From positions 80,848,001-80,912,000 of the forward strand of contig NC_083276.1 of NCBI RefSeq assembly GCF_963506605.1: a DNA stretch of 64,000 nt, written 5' to 3'. Shown in pieces: positions 49,391-62,062 of the stretch; within the stretch, counting starts at the first letter, position 1, and each line of letters starts with the position of its first letter. The notes under the pieces are model-generated. The model had not been told where the DNA came from. It did no database searches and worked only from the letters and a program-made list of their open reading frames with translations. The position numbers were made by a program, and so were the translations under genes. The DNA is from Zootoca vivipara. Taxonomy: Eukaryota.

Positions 49391-50583
49391 TATGCAGCCA
49401 GAGAGGGTACAACCCAGCTGGGACTTTTGAGCACATAGAATGGCATTTGATCCAATGGAGGAATCTGCTAATGGAGGGGATGATTTTTGCTTATTCCCCC
49501 TCCCTGTGCAGCCCCCCATGCCATCTTTCACCCTGCACTAGAGGGTCCCCCAACCCCCTGAAGCAGGAGTGCCAATTTGGCCCTGTGATTGTGGGTGCCA
49601 TGCAGCTTGTGCAGCCCTGACACCTAATTTTGTGGGTGCCTGGCCCCTTCATGGGGAATTTTTTGGGTGCTCAGGCACCCAGGGCCTCAGGGAGCTGGCA
49701 CCTATGCTCTGACGTTGATTTTCAGGGTGTGCTGCAAACCACTGCTGGATCAAAAACACTTATACCAGATGGAACACAAGGAATTTCATTCTTCTTAACT
49801 ATTGTGGCCAATAGCCATTGATAGATTCATGTATGATAGACCTAATAGAAAGATATAAATCTGCCAAATAAAGAGGCATTGGTGCCAACAGCTATCATAA
49901 CATCCTGCGGCAATATATTCCATATCCTGGATTAATTACATGTTGCCAAAAGTATTTTTTTCTGTCCTGAATCTACTGCCAAGCAATTTCACTGGATGAC
50001 CCCCAAGTTCTAAAATTCTGAGACTGAGTGGATAACTCTCTGCCAGCAGAAATCTGAACTATCACAGAGGCACCAAGAAATAGTCATGTCTTGTAGGAAC
50101 TTGCTTTCTAGAATGCTACAGTTAGGGCACACAGTAGAGAGAATGGGGAATTCCAAGATATGGGAAAAGTGGAGACACCCAATGCCAGGTAGCTAGGCAA
50201 AAAACATGTTTTTCGGAGATAAAGGACCTGCTAAAAGGGCATTACATTGCATAGCCTAAAATATAAATGTGCTGGATACGAAGATGTGGGGGTGATAACC
50301 GAAGTTGTATTTCTTTCCAAATGTCACACAAAAAAATTAGCTCACTTAGGATACAATACAGGACACACACAACACTAATAATTAGGTATTTGACTTGTAA
50401 GAGTTTCCTATCATATTCCTACTCCCATGCATTTTTAAGCACCAATAGATGTTATTTATCACCACATATGTCACTGTGGGATTACATGCATTCTTAGGAT
50501 ATGAAGAGGCTTCACTTGAAAGATTTTTGTTAAATGAAGCAACCAAAGAAATTTTCATTAATTACAGCCCACTGATTTCATTC

Positions 50584-50716
50584 NNNNNNNNNNNNNNNNN
50601 NNNNNNNNNNNNNNNNNNNNNNNNNNNNNNNNNNNNNNNNNNNNNNNNNNNNNNNNNNNNNNNNNNNNNNNNNNNNNNNNNNNNNNNNNNNNNNNNNNNN
50701 NNNNNNNNNNNNNNNN
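50584..50716. other. Assembly gap (N run)
   Basis: 133 N. Confidence 1.
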
Positions 50717-51430
50717 CTCATCCAGTTCCCATTAATTTCTCACTGTAGTGTTAAAGTTTCCCAAATGTTAAAAAGATTAGAATCTTAAGCAGCCGTCCCC
50801 AACCTGGTCCTTTCCAGTTGTTTTGGTCTACAACTGCTGTCATCCTTGACCATTGGGCATACTGGCTGGGGCTGTCCAAAACACCTGGAGAACACCAGGG
50901 TGAGGAAGGCTGATCGAAAACAAAGGTGGCCAACACTTTAGACAAGTTTCTCACAAGTCAAGCCCACAGTACACGTATCTCTACTGTACATTCAGTATAC
51001 ATGTAGCCTCCCATGTGTTGGTGGTGGCTTTCCCTGTCGTCCACAATGTAAATACATGGGCTACAACCAAGTCCATGGGCTCTCCTGCTCTTTCACAGAG
51101 TTCCACAACACCTTCCCTTCCCACTTGCCTTTTGCCACTAGTGGTATCCATTCCACAGACTGGCAACTAATGCTATAATGTATGGCTCAGGACGATGCTC
51201 AGCACCAGGACCGTAAGCAATGGCGATCATCCTGCTTGTCAGTGAAAGAGAAATAGACACCTCCTTCATGCCCTCTCCTGAAAGATGGAGAGGCGTGATT
51301 TGTGTTATAAAGTTGCAAAGTGGCTGTTTTTAGTACCAGAATCCATCACAGAATTAGCTTACCTGGTTGTAGAGAGAGAAAGGGAGGGAGAAAGAGTTGG
51401 TAAGAGATATTATTGCCCCTGCCACATTAC

Positions 51431-52961
51431 CTGCTGAAACATTAACAAACACACATGAAAAAACACCATCCTCCGCTGGGAGAGAGTCACATGATATTGG
51501 AAGTTGCCCCTCTTTCAAATGAATCCAACACAGATCTTTCAGGGCCTCACAAAATCCCCGGCATGGTGGAGGTGTTATTGGAAGAGAAGCACTACACCCA
51601 GGTACCAGCAGCAAGCAGAAAAACCACTCCAAGTAGCGGTGACACCGAGTTTTAAGAAGCCCCTCCCACTCATGCAAAGCAGCCCGAATTTCCTCCTCAC
51701 TGCCATGATGCAAATAATTCGGCACTCGGAAATGCTTCATGCCCAGGTTGTTGCAATATGACAGATTGGTCGGTAAGGGCAAGCAGTGGCCAGCTGTTGG
51801 AGTCAATCCAGGAAAGAAGGAAGGAAGCCCTGTGCTACTATTGCTAAAATGTTGCATAGTGTAGGTTAGTAGAAACTCAGAAGAGTCAGAGTTATTGGCA
51901 GGGGGGAAATCCATAACATTAATTGCATTTGAATTAGAAACAGAATCACTAGAGCGGTTCTTATGTGCATCAGCTACGGCTATCCCAGAATGCTTAAGGA
52001 AGGGGTGGCTTTTAAGGCTGAGGTGGGTTCTATTGCCATTAGAGACTGATTTGTCTGGATCTGCAACATAATTGAATAGCCGGTGTTCTAAAGCACCCAC
52101 CACCTTGGCTGCAATTCCAGCATGCATGCGGCTGCTATTAGCCTGAAGCTCCTGCAATCCCAAAACATTTGCACTGGACAAAATTCCTTGTTTTTCTGCG
52201 AAAGCTCCCCGGGGTGCCCTTGTTCCTGGGGTGGTGGCACTTCCTTGCCCCGCATCTGTGGATTCTTGAAAAGCCAACCTGGTGCCCCCAGCGTGATCAT
52301 CTGGCGAAAATGAGAAAGAAGCACTACCTGGGGGTGGAATCTCAGGCTTCTTTAAGAGGACTTTAGTCTTGTTCCAGAGAACAGCAGGCTTTGTAGTCAC
52401 TGAGAGAACCAGCTCTGGCTGCCCAGCTTCCAGGGAGGTCTGCACATCGTCGGTAGAGTTGGAAGTAGCATTTTGGGTGCCCACTGCCTCCGTCACAGGG
52501 ATGGGAGATGCTGTCAGAAGATCAGCTGTTGCAGGTGCCTCAGTCCTCTCTGTCCCTGTGGTTGTCTTCTCATCCCAGAGCTGAACCAAATTTCTGATTC
52601 CCTCAGCAACGTTTAATATTTCAGCCCCTACCCCTGCAATATTTCCTTCTCTGCTTTCCAGCTCAGAAGATGATGTAGCTGTGGGGATCGTTGTGGTTGC
52701 AGTCAAGTCTGGCCTTTTCAGGGTGAATATAGTCCACACTCTTCCCTTCTGCTGGGTAGTGCTTTCAAAGGGGGTGTTCAGGGTGGCAGCCTCAGGCGTG
52801 GCAAGTTGCTGTGCCGTCTGCTCCTCAGTAGTACCAGCAGCTTCTGTGGGTGGGAGGGTTTCTTCCTTCGAACCCCCCCACAGCCAACTCCAGCCCTGTG
52901 CATTGGATAAGCAACAGGTCAGCAACAGCAGAAGCCCAATGCTGAGCTCAGCTCGATCCAT
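51431..52961 (-). CDS. COL18A1: Collagen XVIII long-isoform first coding exon: signal peptide, DUF959, Ser/Thr-rich linker, Frizzled CRD
   Basis: ATG at 52961 starts MDRAELSIGLLLLLTCCLSNAQ; NIAGVGAEILNVAEGIRNLVQLWDE (DUF959); donor GCAG|gtaatg, phase 1 (1531 nt), in frame with the 25395 acceptor. Confidence 0.96.
51453..51785 (-). other. COL18A1: Frizzled cysteine-rich domain coding segment
   Basis: Ten cysteines from CLPLP to FSCV, including PNYLHH, FFCLLLVPGC and PPPCRGFCE. Confidence 0.95.
52322..52330 (-). promoter_or_regulatory. COL18A1: Internal splice donor giving the medium (Frizzled-less) isoform; exon would end at 52328
   Basis: CAG|gtagtg after PEIPPP; 634 nt from the ATG, phase 1, compatible with the TSPN exon; positionally equivalent to the mammalian internal donor. 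Confidence 0.75.
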
Positions 52962-54098
52962 TAAAATGTTGCTTGGAGGGGGAGTAGTGCTGCGTTGCAG
53001 TAAGTGGTGAATGGAAGAATTCACATTGATCTGTGTCCTCTGAAGCTCCGGGATGAGGAAGCATGCCGCTCTCTTCCAAGTAGATATAAAACTAGTGGAG
53101 GCGTGGTTAAGAGAGCCCTCCCCTCCAGCAGCCTGCTTCCCATTAAATCAAAAACTAACTACAGCACAGCCAGCAAGGCTCTCAAAGGCAAGAGTGGTTC
53201 GAGCCACAAGCATATACTTGAAGATGCATTTGTTTCTATCCAATGCACAAGCACACACAAAAAGGCATACACCTAGAAGCCAGCAATTCTGCTCGATTGC
53301 TTCACCATGTAAGCATTTTTCCTGTTTTCCCCCTGAAGCTCACAAAAGTATTTGGGCACGTTAAACTCCTCCCTGCCCCGAACTGATACTAAAAGGAGGC
53401 AGCAATCTTTCCCCTTCCTGGCTGATTACAGTTAATTTCCTTGACTTGAAATAATTAACATCAGCACTGAGAGTGCAGTGGTATCTCTTCTTTAGAGATA
53501 TCCTTTCTAAAGGAGGAGGAAGACAGCAGGAAACTTGCAGGGGAGCAGATATGCTCCAGTCACACAAGGGGAAGGATTCCTGTCTAGTTAAACTGTTAAC
53601 ATCAGCAGCTAAAGTTAAGCAGTTTTGAACCTAATTCATTTAACAGGAGAGTTAAATACTTGCTTATAATTCTGCTATTCAAATGAGCATAACTAAAAAG
53701 GTGTTTGTACAGTATTTGGCTTAATCATATCCATAGTTACTGTGACTGGGGGGAGGGAGGAAATGGGCTATCTTCAAATCAGGGACTTCCCTCCCCATAC
53801 ACATTATCACTGGCAACAGCCTATGTATTAGGTATTCACACACACACACACAAAATTAAGGTGCGAGTTAAGCCTCCCACATGCTCTCTTGAACCCTGTC
53901 CATTGTATCTGTTAAGATCTCACAGCTGGTTCCAGTTGATGCCTCACTTATGGAAAGGGTGATGCCCAGCACACTGAACAAAAAGAGGCTGTGCATCCAC
54001 TCCTAAGAGGACCACCCTGGACCCTGAGGTCTTAGATAACTACTGCCCCGTCACAAATATTCCTTTATTGGGCAAGGTGATAGGTGGCTAGCCAACTA

Positions 54099-54392
54099 CA
54101 ATGGTACCGCGACTTACAAATGACAACCGAATTTTTCAACTTACGAATGGGGCAAATGGCTGCACGCTTACAAATTTCTTGACATCCGAACAGAAACCGT
54201 GGCAGTTTTAAACAGGGTTTTTTCAACTTTTTTTAGAATTTTTAGATGGGGTTGCTTCGACTTACGAATTTTCCATTTCCAATGCATTCCTATGGGAAAT
54301 CGCGTTTCCAATGGCGCTTTTCGACTTACGAATTTTTCGACCTACAAAGGCGCCTTCGGAACAGATTAAATTCGTAAGTCGAGGCACCACTG
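54099..54392. mobile_element. Tigger/pogo-type MITE
   Basis: TA-flanked; TIRs CAATGGTACCGCGACTTAC / GTAAGTCGAGGCACCACTG; shares CAATGCATTCCTATGGGA with the 31311 and 62954 elements. Confidence 0.85.
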
Positions 54393-54414
54393 TACAGGCA
54401 TGTCTAGATGAAGC

Positions 54415-54840
54415 AGGTTATCTAGACCCATTTCAATCTCATTGAAAACAGCTCTGAAACAGCCTCAGTCAGCCTTACAATATGACCTTTATTTGGAGAG
54501 AGGCATAGGGAGTGCTACCTGTTGATTCTGCTTGACTTCTTAGCAGTGTTTGATATCACTGACCATGGTATCCTGGAGCAGCTCTGTGAGGTAGGGAATG
54601 GGAGGACTGTGTTACAGTAGCAGCATTTCTACCTAGGGGACAACAACTAGAGAGTAACATTGGAAGACTTCTGAATCATTGGGATTCATGCTGTTGGGTC
54701 ACCATATCTATATGAAACTGGTAGGAGGTGCCATCTGGGGGCTTGGATGCAGTGTCATCAGTTTGCAGGTGACACACAACTCTTATCTCTCAATCCCAAC
54801 TGAATAAGGAGGGGCTGTGCAAGTGTTGGGCCAGTGTCTG
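54415..54840 (+). mobile_element. Decayed L2-clade RT fragment
   Basis: Broken frames read YLDPFQS...SETASVSL...LLILLD...FDITDHGIL...QFAGDTQL. Confidence 0.65.
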
Positions 54841-57283
54841 GGCAAATCCTGCCCATGAACTTTTGGATCAGCAAGCAGCTGATGCTGACATCTATAGAGT
54901 CAACAACACAAAAAGGTCTCCCATCTTGCCTTTTCATCACAACTGGCAACACTGGGTGCCTAGCAGCAAGTTATGGTGATGGAGGAGGGACCTCATTTTA
55001 TTTCATTTAACCTTTCCAACGCAATCAAATTCAAAGTATCCGGGTAGAAAAGAAGTGGGAAAGCCTGTGGCATTTTTTTTAACAAGCAAAGCTGGGATTG
55101 TGAGCAACATGTCTAAGCATAACATGCCCTGCCCAATCCAGTCCCTGGCAGATGTAGTGTGGGGTTCTTCTAAATTCACCCAAAGCACAGATTTGCACTA
55201 GTTCACTCCAGCTCAGCATCATAATCTGTATGTGTCCCCACAAGTTATTACCCTCGGGTTGAAAAGATGGGAAGTGAAATCTTCCTGCAGAATAGAATAA
55301 ACAATGCTACCAGATACATTCCATTGGGAGCCTCCCCTGAACAAAATAGCTGATATTAACGTCAGATTAACACAACCTGCTCATCAGAAATAAACTATTT
55401 TTCCCCTGCATGTTTTGCTACAGGCTCCTGGTTCAATCCACAATAGTCCTAACCTTTTCAGACCAGAGACCTACTTGTAGCCCAAAAATACATTTGGGCA
55501 CCCACTTTTTATTTATCATTTATTTATTGCATAAAATTTATATACCGCTTGATTGTACAGAAAAAAACCTCAAAACAGTTTACAAAAACATGAAGCAATA
55601 GCATTATTTTTGAAGCTTGCTGTTTTATTAGAATAGGGAATATTCCAGATAATCATATTTAATGAAAGAGCATATTTAAAAGCCAGGTGATAAACCAATT
55701 TTTCATGACATTTGTAGTTATTTCATGACTTTGATTGACACTTGGCATACATGATTTATTCCTGACATGAGTGTAGATTCCCATGCATGAGTCTGAATAC
55801 AATAACTGACCATAACTCCCTCACACACCATCCACATAACTGGTATGGATAACTAACACACACACACTTCAAGCTGGGTAGAAATTTTTAATGCCAGAGC
55901 AAAAAAGGAACCAAAGTGCCCACAAACTGGTAGGACTTTGGAAGTGGAAAGCTGTTCCCCACTTCGCCCCATCCCACTTAGTTTTGCTGTGTCCAGCTGT
56001 AGTCCTATGCAGGCTTACTTGGGAGTAAGTCTTACTGAACTCAGTGGGACATACACAGGATTGTGCTGCTAGGCAGATGAGATCTCTGATGTGCTTGCTC
56101 CTGAATTATCATCTTACTGCTGTCAGAATGATCCAACTTAAGTCAACATTCCATTGTTCACCCAACGGTTTGATAGCTCAGGCTCAAAATCTTGGCAGGA
56201 GCAGCATAGCCTAAAGTTCCTTTTGCACTGAAGCAGCTCAAAAGTCACCAACAGATGGCACACACTCAAGCGGGCACACAAATTATCACTTTTGTTCCTT
56301 CGTTCCTTATACCTCCGCCAAGGATTTCTTCAAATTTGGCAGCCCAAATATATTAAGCATATATACTAAATTATATAGTTCACATGATTTATGCTAGATG
56401 CAGATCTCGGGTTTTTTTCCTTCCTTCAATCATTTGTGGAAATCCAACATGAACTTCCAGCTCTGCTGCAGGCACTAACTCATGCTGTTCTTCTACATGA
56501 TACATTTCCAAGGAATAAAATAAATTTAAAAAGAAAAGTCAAAGCTTCACCTTCCAATGAACTTTTGGGGTGTAGCTCAGAATGAAATCTCACACTCATT
56601 ACCTCAGTTTTCCACTGCTTTGTAAGTGCAGGGTCAGAAGGCACTTCTGCAATCTCCTGTATCTCACAGAACAACATAATAGCATCCCACCTACGTCTGG
56701 GTATTTGAGGGAGAGTCTGCCAAAAACCCTCAACACTCTAGATTTCCAATTTATTCGTGACAAGATCCTCCCAAGATAAAATACAGTAAAACAAGTGTTT
56801 ACATACCCCTAGGAACAAGTGTTCTTTACCCCAGTCATATTTCCTTTAATCTGTTACTGACCCCAGAATTGAATAAACCTATTATCTGTAAATCTCATTA
56901 AAGGATTATGATAACTGGGAAGTCCATATTCAAAAGGCATGTTCCTTGGCAAAAAGAAAGAACTTATCCAAAAAAAAAAATGCTAAGGCTGGAGACAGAT
57001 AAAAGAGAGTTTGGGTTCCCCCCCCCCAAAAAAAAATTGTTGAAGAAAGTCTGAAAGAGGGCTAGGTTCTTTCGGTATGTCTACTGCGGGTGGTCATGTG
57101 TAGTACTTTACAGAGGCCAGTACTCTGTTCGAGAGCGATCAGAGGAAATGCCTCTATTTGAAAAGGCTGTCAGGGCCAGGACAAGTTTTAAAGAATCCTA
57201 TGCAGGGACAGCTAGCAGGGACCTTGGTGTGGCCAATCAACAGTTAACACTTGGGAAAGTAGATGAAGCAAACACACAGGCTA

Positions 57284-57518
57284 CCGTGTGTCTCCGAAAA
57301 TAAGACACCATCTTATATTCATTTTTCCTTAAAAAAAACACTATGGCTTATTTTCAGGGGGTGTCTTATTTTTTTAATTAAGTATGGTACAGTTTAACCT
57401 ACAAGGTTAAACTGCCTATCACTATGGCTTATTTTCGGGGTATGACATATTCCTTGAATGCTTAAAAATCCTGCTATGGATTATTTTATGGCTACGTCTT
57501 ATTTTCGGAGAAACAGGG
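57284..57518. mobile_element. Tc1/mariner-pogo MITE
   Basis: TA-flanked; TIRs CCGTGTGTCTCCGAAAATAAGAC / GTCTTATTTTCGGAGAAACAGGG. Confidence 0.85.
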
Positions 57519-58716
57519 TACCTGGGCACAATCTTCCCTACTAGGGTGAGATGGAGAACCTGTGGACCGCCAGGTACTGCTGAGCTTGTTTGTTTGTTTG
57601 TTTGTTTGTATGCCTCCCTTCATCTGAAGGTGACGGGGCAGTTCACAACATAAAAACTACAGCTCCCATCACGCCTGGTCATTGGTCATACTGCTTGGGC
57701 TGATGGAAGCTGGAGTTCAACAACATCTGGAGGGCTCCTGGTTCCCCAGCTCTCATTTAAATTACTGTAATTATTTCCAAATTTGTATCTATGCATATAC
57801 AAATCTGTGTCCTCTTTTGCCCTCTTAGCGGCCACTGTATGTACACCTGAATATGGTCCTACCACTGACTCGAAGTTGGAGTTAGATTATATGCAAGAAA
57901 AGAACTTGAGAGAGACATGTCCCTTGGCTTGCAACAAAATAATTTAACTCTTACTTTACAGCACTTTAGCAAACTCTTCCCCTCATTCCAGTTTTGCCTT
58001 TGCTCCAACACCAAACACCTCATCACCTATCTTGCAACCAGCAGAATGCAGCAATTTCGCATCTACATCTACACATGGAACTTAGCATTTCAGATTTCAA
58101 CAGTATGTTGGAACAAAGTGGCTTCTGTTTTTCATCTGTATAACATGTCCATTATATAGGGGGATGCCCCTGCCATGAGTCAGCTAATTCAAACTCCTCT
58201 CCACAATCATGAATAGCTTTGGAAGACTGGGGAGTGGGGGAATGGGCTGGGGGAATGTTAACAGAGAATTGTTAACATCAAGTTTCCTTCTCTCCCTGAG
58301 CATTTTGCCTAATGTATTTTAAAATCTGGTTCCCCTCCCACCTCTCTCTGCATGTTTTCAGGATATTGTGCATCTACAGAGCTGACCCTTCTTCTAGCCC
58401 AGATTTTCTCTTTTCAATCAGCTCTATAAAAATGAAAAAAATCATTTCATTATTTTACAGAGAGTTTAGGAGACCAACCAATGGTCACTTTTCTCATTGG
58501 CTACACCTACTACAACTATTAACATTAGCTTGGCCATATGTCCTTTATGCAGGAAAGCCCAGTTTACAAACAAGTTAAACCAGAAAAGAGCAGGGCCCAG
58601 TGAATAGTATGAGAATAAGCAAATACTGTACTGTAGTTTTATTGAAACTCAGTGGCTGTACACCTAATCAGCAATCTTGACAGAACACGATTGTAAGTTC
58701 TGTATAAAAGTAATAC

Positions 58717-58865
58717 TGGAATAGCTCAGTTGGTAGAGCATAAGGCTCTCAATCTCAGAGTTATGGGTTCAATCCCCATGTTTGGTAAAAGATCCCTGCA
58801 TTGCAGGGGGTTGGAATGGATGGTCCTCATTGCCCCTTCCATCTCTCCAATGCAGTGATTCTATA
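58717..58865 (+). mobile_element. tRNA-Lys-derived SINE with a CR1-like 3' tail
   Basis: Head TAGCTCAGTTGGTAGAGCAT...AATCTCAG...GGGTTCAATCCCCA resembles tRNA-Lys; tail AGGGGGTTGGA...CCCCTTCCA...GATTCTAT resembles a CR1 3' end. Confidence 0.75.
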
Positions 58866-59103
58866 ATAAATGAAATAAACATTAAAAGGCAGAAAGGTGT
58901 GATTCAGCTAGTACACATAGGATCTATAGTGCAAACCTAAGCATGTCTATTCAGAAGGAAGTTCATATTTCCCAATATGTATGTTCAGGACTGGAGCTGG
59001 GCAGTGCAATCCTTTGTGTGTGCAGAACTAAGTTCCACTGAGTTCAATGGTGCGTGGGACCATTCAGTGTCACTGAAATCAGTGATCCTAAACTTACTTA
59101 ACA

Positions 59104-59788
59104 TTTGGCATCTGTCTATCTCAAGAAACAGTGGAGTGTGCCTCCGGGGGTGAAGTTAAACTGTTGTGTTAGCAGCACCGAAGTGACCATCCAACTGCCA
59201 TAGGGACTCAACTCAGATTTGTGTAGGATTTATTCCTTAGCTTTTTCTTCTCCTGAAGATATCCTGCAAGGCAGCAGAGGTTTAGGATCCATAGCTGTCA
59301 AGTTTTCCCTTTTCTCGCGAGAAAGCCTATTCAGCATAAGGGAATTTCCCTTTAAAAAGGGGGGGGGGAGAACTTGGCAGCTATGCTAGGATCAGAGTTT
59401 TCCTTCTCCTAGATAAGCTACCTTTCAAGGTTGACGAGCTCCCCCTGCACCTCACTTCCCTCTACATCACATGCACAAACCACCTTCTTGACCGTTGTAC
59501 CCACGACTGGTCTCATCCACTCAAATCTGCTGGAGTCTGTCTTCTCATGCAGGGGAAGTCCCTAACTCACCAAGGGTTTGAAACCCATCAACTACCTTCC
59601 TCTGGTGTAGCCGGCCAGTCAAAGGCATTCCCAGTGTGTGGCCATTGTCACATGGAGACCACTTCTAGGAGCCACAGGTAAGAGCTGAGTGCAGGGTGGA
59701 GACCAAAGGTGGACACACTACCCCAGAAGGAGCATGCTGTGTCTGTCACTAGAGATACTACCCCTCCCCTAACACCCCATACACCCCA
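59104..59788 (-). mobile_element. Non-autonomous RTE derivative (5'-UTR-like part joined to an RTE 3' end)
   Basis: 59104-59165 matches the reverse complement of the RTE 3' end at 62000-62060; 59490-59788 matches 18800-19085; no ORF between. Confidence 0.6.
59290..59385. mobile_element. 96-bp hAT MITE nested in the RTE derivative
   Basis: TIRs CATAGCTGTCAAGT / ACTTGGCAGCTATG (same TIR family as 19326-19666); TSD TTAGGATC / CTAGGATC. Confidence 0.85.
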
Positions 59789-61458
59789 CTTACTTAACTA
59801 CTCCAACTACATTGTAATGAGCTTTATTTTCTTAACTCCAGAACTAGTGTTTGTTTTGTTTCTTTAAAGGAGCCTCATCAATGGTCATATGATCACCTTA
59901 TTTTGGCAAGATTTGTGTACAGAGGAACAATTTCCACATTGGAAATCATAATGCAAAATTACAGCAAAATACTTGAAGTTTGTCACAGTCCTCAGAAGAG
60001 AGGTGTTTCCAAAGTTCAATGTGAAAGAACTTTTAATGTTCCACACAAAGGACACCTTATGCAGCATTAACATTTTTTGTACAAACCTGTAATCATAGAA
60101 GATAACAGCTTGAAGAATCCAGGTATACATGTATTTACATGACTGCTTTCTGATTTAAAATGTAGTCAACCTATTTGTGTTTTTAATGTGCTGATGCCGA
60201 ATTTCACAGGTGACTGCAAACATCTAAGACTACTCAAGCATGACTCTTTCCCCATTATTCCAGGAAAGAATGTTTTATTTTCACTACATTGTATTATTAA
60301 ACATACAGAAAAGGCTGTGTATACTGTACTTATAATACTATATTGTAAGGCTATGGGCAGGGCTTTGCTGTCTTTTCATTTTATGTACAATAATCACACA
60401 TGGAATTAATTCCATGCTATAAGAAAACTCAACTGCTCAGTGTCTATTCTATTACAGTGTTAAGGACAATAGGTTGAATGGCAATCTCTTTATTATCCAT
60501 CCCACCCTCCTCCTCCTCCTCCTCCTCCTCCTCCTTCTTCTCTGTATATTTAGAAGTAACTGGAGATGAATGCATATTTCTGGTCCATTTAGCAAACAGC
60601 TAAGTGAGAGTGGAGAACTGGGTGAAGGTTGAATGGGGAAAGCATCTAAATTCATTCATATGGCACGGTATGTTCTTCCATTAATACCGGTATTATTATT
60701 ATTTTAAAAATCTTAAAATTAAACACAATAAAATCAAACTCCAATTTAGGATTTGTTTATGCAGTTAAGAGATAATTCCAAGGTTGACGCAAGTTTTTTT
60801 AAAAAAATGTGAAGGAAAAGACAAAGATAACAATGTTAACCTTTGAATACTGGAATTTTTACTCCTTAGGGAGCCATGCAGCACAATCCTATGCAGAAGC
60901 AAGTCCTATCGTTTTCAGTGAGGCTTCCTCCCAAAGGAAGAACCTAGGCAGCTGCCGTATAACAATTCAGACCATTTCTCATCTATCTCAGTGTCACCTA
61001 CACTTTCTAGAGTTTCAGGCATGAAGCTTTCCCAGCACTGGCTGGAGACGACAGAGATTGAACATGGGACCTTTCAGATGCAAAGCATACCCTCTACCAC
61101 TGATCTGTGGTCTCTTCCCAGGTAAGTGTGGATCAGATGGCAGCCTAAATCATCAATGCTATCAATCAGTATCTAAAGAATTGCATGGAAAACATATGCA
61201 TTTGCACTCCAGGTGCCATGAATGTAGTGATATTAGTAGTGGCTAGGGTGTGTGTGTAGTTGACTTGGCTTCCCAACCAATACAAATACAATTTATTACT
61301 AGTGGGTAGCATCTACCTATAGAGGTATAGATGGTTTTGGGACAGCTGAACTACATCTCCAATTGCACAATCTTCATTGCCAGTTTCCTGCCTCAATATG
61401 CCCCATATCTGCCCATTTCTATGCTACTGAGCAATACCAAGATGGTTTGCCAGGGTTG

Positions 61459-62062
61459 AACACACTGCTTTATGGAACTATGTTGTGGGCAGCTTACACC
61501 CTCCATACGCCTTCCATATGCGCTGCATCAGGAAGATTTTGGGCATCACACGGAAGCACAGAGTCTCAACAAAGATGTGCTCCCCCAAGCCCACATTCCC
61601 AGCATGTTCACACTCCTGTCTCACTGTTGTCTGTGCAGACTTGGTCATGTCCACAGAATGGAAGATGGCAGGATCCCCAAGAACGTGCTCTTCGGGGAGC
61701 TGGCTTCAGGCACTGGCCTGCTGGCAGACCAACTCTGCATTACGAAGAGGTCTGCTAATGTGACGTTAAGGCTGGCAACATTGACCTCGCCATATGGGAA
61801 TCCCTGGAGACAGTCAGGTCATGTATCCACAGAAGTGACCATAGGAGGAATGACCACTGGGAGGAGCACAGAGAGAGAGAAAACAGCATGGTGCAGCTGT
61901 AGAAGCAAAACTAGATGCCTTCATCTGCCCACCTGCAATAAAACATGCCCCTCCCGTACTGGTCTCTACAGCTATAGCAGGTGTTGTAACTCTCAAATGG
62001 TTTGACTTTACCCCCAAAGGTGCATTCTTCCATTGTCTCCCAAGACAGACGGATGCCAACAA
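61459..62062 (+). mobile_element. Decayed RTE-clade LINE 3' part
   Basis: TLLYG...AFHMRCIRKILGIT...LGHVHRMEDGRIPKNVLFGELASG spread over three frames. Confidence 0.8.

Noticed and set aside
52962-53024. ORF-track N-terminal extension MNSSIHH... of the 556-aa ORF
   Set aside because: It starts at a GTG; the first in-frame ATG (52961) directly precedes the signal peptide.
53065-53480. Specific promoter elements for the long-isoform promoter (TATAAAA at 53084, HNF1-like GTTAATTATTT near 53450-53459)
   Set aside because: The TATA motif is on the wrong strand and the HNF1-like match is partial; a promoter is expected here but sites cannot be supported without TSS data.
58717-58790. tRNA-Lys gene
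   Set aside because: The acceptor stem does not pair, the anticodon loop is altered, and it runs into a CR1-like tail; it is a SINE head.
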